Source: Chloroflexota bacterium
Lineage (GTDB): Bacteria; Chloroflexota; Dehalococcoidia; Lucifugimonadales; UBA3495
Assembly: GCA_027623675.1 (NCBI GenBank)
Contig: JAQBVF010000010.1
Span: 1 to 64,000 of the forward strand
Length of the DNA stretch: 64,000 nt
Direction: 5' to 3'
The notes under the pieces are model-generated. The model searched no databases and was not told the DNA's origin. It was given only the letters and a program-made list of their open reading frames with translations. Position numbers and translations under genes: made by a program. Positions within the stretch are counted from its first letter, which is position 1. Every line of letters starts with the position of its first letter. This document shows, in pieces, positions 58,000-64,000 of the stretch.

Positions 58000-58839
58000 C
58001 TACCCGCTATTTTCGCCGGCTCCAGACTCATCCTCCGTCCCAGCGGCCAGGCTTTTTATCCGGTCTAGCAGCAGCGGCAGCAGCTCTCCAGAGGGGCCGC
58101 TGAGGGTGATGTCGCACCAACGGGTGAGGGAGGTTTCCTCGAGGTTTATCTCGATCAGGGACGCGCCCAACTCCCTGGCGACCAGGGGCAGACGCGCCGC
58201 CGGGTTTACCGTGCCCGAGGTGCCGACCAGCAGCATGCAGTCGCAGGTCTCGGCCTGGTAGCGGCAGGACAGCAGCACTTCTTGGGGGATCGGCTCACCG
58301 AACATCACCGTGTCCATCTTGATCACGCCGCCGCACCGGAGGCACCTGGGCGGCAGGCTGTCGAAGTGGTAGCCGTCCCTGGGTTGGCGGATCCCGCAGC
58401 CGACGCAGCGAAGAATCGTCCGGTTGCCGTGGATCTCCAAAAGGTTGGCGCTGCCTGCCTCGCGGTGGAGGTTGTCCACGTTCTGGGTGATGAGGCTCTT
58501 CAGCAGACCCATCCGTTCCAACTCAACCAGGCTATGGTGCCCCGGATTGGGCTCGGCCTGGTCCACGGCAACCTTCAACTCGTAGACCGGGTCGCCGGGT
58601 TGGTCTTCACTGCGGAACCGGGCCTCCCACCACTCCTGGGGGTCGCGGGTGAACTCTTGGTACGAGAGGTTCGTGGGCTCGCCGTACTTGGTCCAAAGCC
58701 CGCCGGGGCCGCGAAAGGGCGGGATGCCGCTCTCCACGGAAAGCCCGGCGCCGGCCAGGGCCACGGCGTGTTTCGAGCGCAGCAACAGCGCGGCAGCCTG
58801 GCCGATGGAGTCGGAGAGTTGGGGGGAGATATCTACCAT
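58000..58839 (-). CDS. cobB: NAD-dependent protein deacylase (Sir2 family)
   Basis: GAGLSVESGIPPFRG, TQNVDNLH, HGN, two CxxC, GTSG. Confidence 0.9.
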   Translation of the reverse strand: MVDISPQLSDSIGQAAALLLRSKHAVALAGAGLSVESGIPPFRGPGGLWTKYGEPTNLSYQEFTRDPQEWWEARFRSEDQPGDPVYELKVAVDQAEPNPGHHSLVELERMGLLKSLITQNVDNLHREAGSANLLEIHGNRTILRCVGCGIRQPRDGYHFDSLPPRCLRCGGVIKMDTVMFGEPIPQEVLLSCRYQAETCDCMLLVGTSGTVNPAARLPLVARELGASLIEINLEETSLTRWCDITLSGPSGELLPLLLDRIKSLAAGTEDESGAGENSG

Positions 58840-58880
58840 GTTTGGCTGGTTATGTTAAGCACGCCGGAGTGTTGAAGTGG

Positions 58881-59585
58881 CTAGAGGCCGGTTGCGCCGG
58901 CGCCCGGGTCTGCATCGGCGGAGAATGCTTCGCGGCCGATCAGGGGGACGAACCGGCAGGGACCCAGCATCCGCAGGGAAACGCCCTCGCCGGTGCGCAG
59001 AACGCAGACCAATTCCTGCTGTTCCCGGTTGCCCACGGGGACGACCATGCGGCCGCCGACCGTTAGCTGGGATATGAGCGAGGCGGCCAGGCTGGGCGCG
59101 GCGGCAGATACCACGATGGCGTCGTAAGGACCACGTGAGGGGCAGCCCAATTCGTTGGTGGAGCGGGTGGAATGCTCCACGGTGACGTTCTTGTAGCCCA
59201 GGCCCAGCAGGGTCTCCCGTGCCCGTTGCGCCAAGCTCCGGATGATTTCCACGGTGACCACGCTGCCTTGGGGGACCATCTCGGCCAGCACCGCCGCCTG
59301 GTAGCCGGAGCCGGCGCCGACCTCCAAGACGCGGTCGGTCGGCTGCAAACGCAGGGTCTCGGTGATCAGGGCCACGATGTAGGGCTGGGAGATCGTCTGG
59401 CTATGTCCGATGGGCAGGGGTGAGTCCAGATAGGCCCGGTAGCGGTCACACGGAGGCACGAACGCCTCCCGCGGCACCCGCTCCATGGCATCGACAACAG
59501 CTTTAGACTTGATACTGCGTCTAAGACCGTTGAACAGCTCTCTCCGGTCCGACTTCAGTCTATCTTGTGATTCAAAGTCTCCCAT
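58881..59585 (-). CDS. pcm: Protein-L-isoaspartate O-methyltransferase
   Basis: VPREAF, QTISQP, LEVGAGSGYQAA, PYDAI, CRFVPL. Confidence 0.93.
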   Translation of the reverse strand: MGDFESQDRLKSDRRELFNGLRRSIKSKAVVDAMERVPREAFVPPCDRYRAYLDSPLPIGHSQTISQPYIVALITETLRLQPTDRVLEVGAGSGYQAAVLAEMVPQGSVVTVEIIRSLAQRARETLLGLGYKNVTVEHSTRSTNELGCPSRGPYDAIVVSAAAPSLAASLISQLTVGGRMVVPVGNREQQELVCVLRTGEGVSLRMLGPCRFVPLIGREAFSADADPGAGATGL

Positions 59586-59820
59586 CGAACTCCACCATTA
59601 AGTCGAATATAACATTACATAACCTGAGCAACAACGATTCCAACAGGATTCCGATAGTGATTCTCGAATCAGACGTTGAAACTCTTAGATATGCGCCGGT
59701 ATGCGCCCGTTCCCGGCCTCCCGTTTCCAAAGCCGATTTCGTGCCTGATGCGAGTCTGATTGACTGCCGCAAACCCGTATGCTAGCCTGGCTTAAGTGAG
59801 GTTTTTCGGACCGAGCTTCT

Positions 59821-59851
59821 TATAGATTTTTATAGATTTTTAGGTTACTAT
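59821..59851 (+). promoter_or_regulatory. 10-bp direct repeat next to a -10-like hexamer
   Basis: TATAGATTTT TATAGATTTT TAG, then TACTAT at 59846-59851, upstream of the HTH gene. Confidence 0.55.
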
Positions 59852-59900
59852 TGGTCCGCAAATCTCTCATTCAGCGATTCATCAACAGGATCGGACCTTA

Positions 59901-60566
59901 GTGGTAGACATGCAAACTGCCGAGATAGGGGCCGGGGACAGGCCCCAGTGGCTCTCCCTTCGCGAAGCCTGCCGCCAACTAGACGTTAGCGACACCACGC
60001 TCAGGCAATGGGCTGACAGCGGCTATCTCCGCGTCTACCGCACGCCAGGGGGACACCGCAGGTTCCTCCGCGACGACGTGGAGGCCTTTTCCAACGCCCC
60101 CGAGCAAGCCCAGGATACCGGGCGGGAACACGCCATCGAGGACTCGGCCCTCCGCAGAATCCGCCGCCGCCTCAGCCGCAACGACGTGCTCAAGCAACCC
60201 TGGTACCAAAGCGTCGAGGAAGAGGGCAAGGTGCGGATGCGGCTGTTTGGACGCCGGTTGCTGTCCCTGCTGCTACAGGAGGCCGGACCCCGCCGCCGCC
60301 GCAAGGAACTGCTGGAGGAGGCGCTCCTGCTGGGCCGGGAATACGGCACCGAGATGTCTGAGCGCGGCACAGGTTTGAAGGACACCGTGGAAGCATTCGT
60401 CTTCTTCAGGACCATCGTTCTGGACTCGACCACTCCCAGCTCCTGGGGCCGCATAATCGAGGCAGCGGACCGGGTTTTGGTCGGCGTGACCGACTCTTAT
60501 GAAAAGTCTTTCGGTGGACCCGTCACGGGACCCATTACGGGACCCATCGATAGATCCAAGAATTAG
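59901..60566 (+). CDS. MerR-like/excisionase (BldC-type) HTH protein with helical C-terminal domain
   Basis: WLSLREAC..LDVS..TLRQWAD.G....RTPGGHRRF. Confidence 0.85.
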   Translation: MVDMQTAEIGAGDRPQWLSLREACRQLDVSDTTLRQWADSGYLRVYRTPGGHRRFLRDDVEAFSNAPEQAQDTGREHAIEDSALRRIRRRLSRNDVLKQPWYQSVEEEGKVRMRLFGRRLLSLLLQEAGPRRRRKELLEEALLLGREYGTEMSERGTGLKDTVEAFVFFRTIVLDSTTPSSWGRIIEAADRVLVGVTDSYEKSFGGPVTGPITGPIDRSKN

Positions 60567-60642
60567 CCAGATTCGAATAATGGTCAGGGTCTGTAGATCT
60601 GCCCTGGCCAGATAGACACCACAGGAGGAGTCAAGCACAGCA

Positions 60643-61737
60643 ATGGATATCATCGACCGCAAGCTGTTAAACAAGATTCAAGCGCCTTTCCCCATGGTCG
60701 ACCAACCCTATCAGCGATTGGGCGAAGAGGTTGGGGTTAGCGAACAAGAAGTTCTGGACCGTTTGGCCGAACTGAAACGGACCAACGTCCTCCGCCAGAT
60801 CAGCGCCATCTTCGACACACGCCGCCTGGGCTTCAAGACCACTCTGGTGGCCATGGCCTACGAGCCGGAGAAGTTGCACAAAGCAGCGCTTGAGATCAAC
60901 AAACACCCTGGCGTAAGCCATAACTACGCCCGGGAAGGCTCCTACTACAACCTGTGGTTCACCCTGGCTGTGCCCCCCGAACACGACCTGGAGTCCACCG
61001 CCCGTTACATGGCGGACAAGACCGGCGCCCTGGAACAGCGCATCATGCCAACCAAGCGGTTCTTCAAGATCGGCGTCAACTTCGACATGGTCGAGAAGAA
61101 GGGCTCTTCGTTCAATTTCAGCCCCGACAACGTGACCGCGGACAAGGCCGGCAAACAGGCCGGCGGCGAGATTGCGGCCACCAAAGAGGCCGCCGAATCC
61201 TGGAACAAGGCTGTTCCGGTGACGGAAGCCGAGAAGGACGCCATCCGCGAGATGCAGGAGGACCTTGCTCTGGTCCCGCGTCCCTACGATGCCTTGGCCC
61301 AGAGACTGGGCATGTCCACCGCCGACCTGTTCGCCCTGGCCCAGGACTTCCAGGACCGGCGGATCATGCGCCGCTACAGCGCCGTGCTGCACCACCGGCG
61401 CTCCGGCTTCAAAGCCAACGCCATGATCGTTTGGAAGGTGCCCGAAGAGCGCTCCGAGGAGGTTGGCCTGACCATGGCCGCCCACAACGCCGTGACCCAC
61501 TGTTACGAGCGGCCCACCTTCCCCGACTGGCCTTACACCCACTTCACCATGGTCCACGCGACCACTCCGGAAGGCTGCGAGGAGATCAACAACGAGATCA
61601 GCGAGGCCACGGGCATCGACGAACGCCTGGTGCTCTACAGCACCCGGGAGTACAAGAAGACCCGCGTCCGCTATTTCGTGCCCGACTACGACGAGTACCA
61701 GCAAACGGAACGGCCGGATGTGGTGCCCTCGGCCTGA
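60643..61737 (+). CDS. ahbAB: Fused siroheme decarboxylase AhbA/AhbB (NirDL-like)
   Basis: Two Lrp/AsnC-like halves: VSHNYAR..NLWFT and VTHCYERP..WPY..FTMVH; haem gene context. Confidence 0.88.
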   Translation: MDIIDRKLLNKIQAPFPMVDQPYQRLGEEVGVSEQEVLDRLAELKRTNVLRQISAIFDTRRLGFKTTLVAMAYEPEKLHKAALEINKHPGVSHNYAREGSYYNLWFTLAVPPEHDLESTARYMADKTGALEQRIMPTKRFFKIGVNFDMVEKKGSSFNFSPDNVTADKAGKQAGGEIAATKEAAESWNKAVPVTEAEKDAIREMQEDLALVPRPYDALAQRLGMSTADLFALAQDFQDRRIMRRYSAVLHHRRSGFKANAMIVWKVPEERSEEVGLTMAAHNAVTHCYERPTFPDWPYTHFTMVHATTPEGCEEINNEISEATGIDERLVLYSTREYKKTRVRYFVPDYDEYQQTERPDVVPSA

Positions 61738-61848
61738 CCACCAGGCCTGGCGATCGGACCAGGCGGATAGACCCGGATTTTCACTAGAATTTCACCGGAA
61801 TTTCGATCGAGAAATTTTAGAACACGATAGTTCTACCAAAAAGAGATC

Positions 61849-62619
61849 ATGACAAGTTTTTACCCCGTTTTTCTCAACCTGGAAGGGCGCCGATGCGTCA
61901 TCATCGGCGGTGGTCAGATCGCCGAGGGCAAGGTGCTGAAGCTGATTGACTCCGGCGCCAAGATCGTAGTGATCAGCCCCGACGCCACCAAGGGCATTCA
62001 GGACGCCGCCGAACACGGTGACGTTGAACTACACCTGCGCAAGTACCAGGCCGGAGACCTGCACGGCTCGTTCCTGGTCATCGCGGCCACCAACGACCGG
62101 GTGGTCAATCAGGAGATATTTGAAGAAGCGGACAGCCAGGGCATCCTGCTGAACGCGGTGGACGACCCACCCCGCTGCTCATTCATCGCACCGGCGATCG
62201 TCGAACGCGGACCCGTAACCCTAGCCATCTCCACCGGAGGCGCCAGCCCGGCCCTCGCCCGCAAGCTCAGGGAAACCCTGGACGATTCACCCTCTCTCGA
62301 CTGGGCGGATGCCACCAGTGTCCTATCCAGGGCGCGTCAGATAGTGAAAGACAGACGGGCCGTGGTCGACCCCCAGCGCTGGCAGTGCTGCATGAACGGC
62401 CGGCTTCTAGAACTGGCCCAGACCGGCCACGAAGACGAAGCGTTGGCCCAACTCTTGCAAGAGCTGTTGGGTGAAGATTCGGCAGGGAAATGCTCCAATA
62501 TCGGCGAGTGCGTCTCCGGCGGCTGCCAAACGCGGAACGCCAACACCGGCAAGGCCAGCCGGGGCGGCCGGGGCGCCACCGCCAAGAGGGACCGCATGGC
62601 CGAGACTGCGGGGGACTAG
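61849..62619 (+). CDS. Precorrin-2 dehydrogenase / sirohydrochlorin ferrochelatase (SirC/Met8-like)
   Basis: YPVFLNL, IGGGQIA, NAVDDP, ISTGGASPALA. Confidence 0.9.
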   Translation: MTSFYPVFLNLEGRRCVIIGGGQIAEGKVLKLIDSGAKIVVISPDATKGIQDAAEHGDVELHLRKYQAGDLHGSFLVIAATNDRVVNQEIFEEADSQGILLNAVDDPPRCSFIAPAIVERGPVTLAISTGGASPALARKLRETLDDSPSLDWADATSVLSRARQIVKDRRAVVDPQRWQCCMNGRLLELAQTGHEDEALAQLLQELLGEDSAGKCSNIGECVSGGCQTRNANTGKASRGGRGATAKRDRMAETAGD

Positions 62620-62674
62620 AAAATTGTCCCCATCAGATTCGCCCGGTAGCTCGGCCGCCGAATCCGGCAATAAA

Positions 62675-63595
62675 GTGATAAAGGTTGGCAGCCGGGGCAG
62701 TCGGCTGGCCCTGATTCAAGACGATGTGGTCATCAGCCGCCTCAAGGCCAACAACCCGGAACTGACATTCGAGATCGACACCGTCCGCACCAGGGGAGAC
62801 GCCGACCAGACTTCGCGGCTGGCAGGCATGGGCTTGGGCATATTCGTCAAGGAGCTGGAGCAGGAGCTTCTGGGCGGCAAACTAGACATCGCCGTGCATA
62901 GCCTGAAGGACATGCCCACGCAGTTGGCCGACGGACTGGTCCTGGGCGCGGTGTTGTCCAGAGAGGATCCCCGCGACGTTCTGGTGAACCGGTTCGGCTG
63001 CGGATTGGAAGACCTGCCCGAGGGCGCAAAGATCGGCACCAGCAGTCCGCGCCGCGCCGCCCAACTGAAGATGTTCGCCCCTCAGGTGGAGGTGGTGTCC
63101 ATTCGGGGCAACGTGGAAACGCGGTTACGGAAGGCGGGCGGCGAGGAAGCCGACGGGGCCATCCTGGCGGCCGCTGGCCTGGTCCGGCTGGGACTGCAGG
63201 ACCAGGTCACCGAGTACCTCTCGGCACACCGGTTCGTGCCTCCGCCGGGGCAGGGTATCCTGGCCGTGGAAGCCCGGTCCGACGACCGCCGCATGTTGGA
63301 GTATCTAGCGGCCATCGACGACCCGGACACCCGCTACGAGGCTGTCGCCGAAAGAGGCTTTCTGGAAAAGTTGGGCGGCGGATGCAGCGTCCCGGTGGGC
63401 GCCTACGCCCGATGCACCGGCGATGAGATGCTAATGACCATCTTCATTAGCACCGAGGACGGACAGAATAACTTCACCGCCCAGATCGAAGGACCCAAGA
63501 ACGACCCAATGGCATTGGCCAACCGCGCCTACGAGAGATTGGCCGAGGGGGGCGGCGCCGAATTGTTGGCCTCCGCCAGAGCCGCCCAAGCGTAA
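62675..63595 (+). CDS. hemC: Hydroxymethylbilane synthase
   Basis: GSRGSRLAL, FVKELE, VHSLKD, GTSSPRR, RGNVETRL, GGCSVP; GTG start 62675. Confidence 0.95.
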   Translation: MIKVGSRGSRLALIQDDVVISRLKANNPELTFEIDTVRTRGDADQTSRLAGMGLGIFVKELEQELLGGKLDIAVHSLKDMPTQLADGLVLGAVLSREDPRDVLVNRFGCGLEDLPEGAKIGTSSPRRAAQLKMFAPQVEVVSIRGNVETRLRKAGGEEADGAILAAAGLVRLGLQDQVTEYLSAHRFVPPPGQGILAVEARSDDRRMLEYLAAIDDPDTRYEAVAERGFLEKLGGGCSVPVGAYARCTGDEMLMTIFISTEDGQNNFTAQIEGPKNDPMALANRAYERLAEGGGAELLASARAAQA

Positions 63596-63654
63596 TCATC
63601 TTCCGTCCCCAAGAGCCAATGGGTTCAGGTGAGCGGTTTATTCAGGTGTGACAA

Positions 63655-64000
63655 TTGACCGGTAAAGTTTTTTTGGTGGGCGCCGGACCCGGTGACCCAG
63701 GCCTCATCACAGTTAAGGGCATGCTGGCATTGCAGCAGGCCCAGGTGGTCGTTTACGACCGTCTTGTGGGGCCGGAGTTGCTGGAAGCTGTTCCCGAGAA
63801 TGCCGAACTCATCTTCGTGGGCAAGGCCAGGGGCCGCCAGCAGCTAACCCAGACCGAGATCAACCAACTTCTGGTTGAGAAGGCTGCTCAAGGCCTGAAC
63901 GTGGTGCGGCTCAAGGGCGGCGACCCATTCGTTTTTGGACGAGGCGGCGAAGAAGCCCTTGAACTGAAAAGAAACAGCCTGCCCTTTGAGATTGTCCCCG
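63655..64000 (+). CDS. cobA: Uroporphyrinogen-III C-methyltransferase, truncated by window end
   Basis: Hand translation MTGKVFLVGAGPGDPGLITVKG...YDRLV...VVRLKGGDPFVFGRGGEE. Confidence 0.92.
   Translation, partial: MTGKVFLVGAGPGDPGLITVKGMLALQQAQVVVYDRLVGPELLEAVPENAELIFVGKARGRQQLTQTEINQLLVEKAAQGLNVVRLKGGDPFVFGRGGEEALELKRNSLPFEIVP

Noticed and set aside
58000..58839. Sir2 as an anti-phage effector (Thoeris/DSR)
   Set aside because: Canonical CobB-type deacylase with Zn ribbon in housekeeping context
59901..60566. Prophage excisionase near the tRNA
   Set aside because: Long C-terminal domain, no integrase or phage genes, sits with haem genes

Overview
High-GC bacterial window whose gene content (two luciferase-like monooxygenases, F420H2:NADP+ oxidoreductase, VOC/cupin/DUF35 paralogues, xanthine-dehydrogenase-family trimer, HpaB, haloalkane dehalogenase, AhbAB-type haem pathway) resembles Chloroflexota/Dehalococcoidia of the SAR202 type (inference, not searched). 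Most of it is oxidative/catabolic metabolism, plus one tRNA-Ile(GAT) and the start of a tetrapyrrole operon at the right edge. Two accessory blocks stand out. (1) A visibly AT-richer three-gene cassette at 3.5-6.6 kb (DUF262/ParB-like + R-x4-H HEPN-like + SPPY amino-methyltransferase) is the best candidate for an undescribed defence system; decaying genes lie next to it. (2) A ~8.7-kb block at 35.15-43.95 kb is bracketed by a ~120-bp diverged direct repeat and carries recombinase-like and RecD2 relics, an ABC-F ATPase, a 12-repeat NHL protein and a clan GH-D-like protein. Features missed or mis-started by the ORF track include two tandem desulforedoxin-like mini-proteins, a 33-aa Lys-rich ORF, a CTG-start lipoprotein, cobA, a candidate structured RNA and two candidate operators. 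All family calls come from motifs read by eye; no database search was run.
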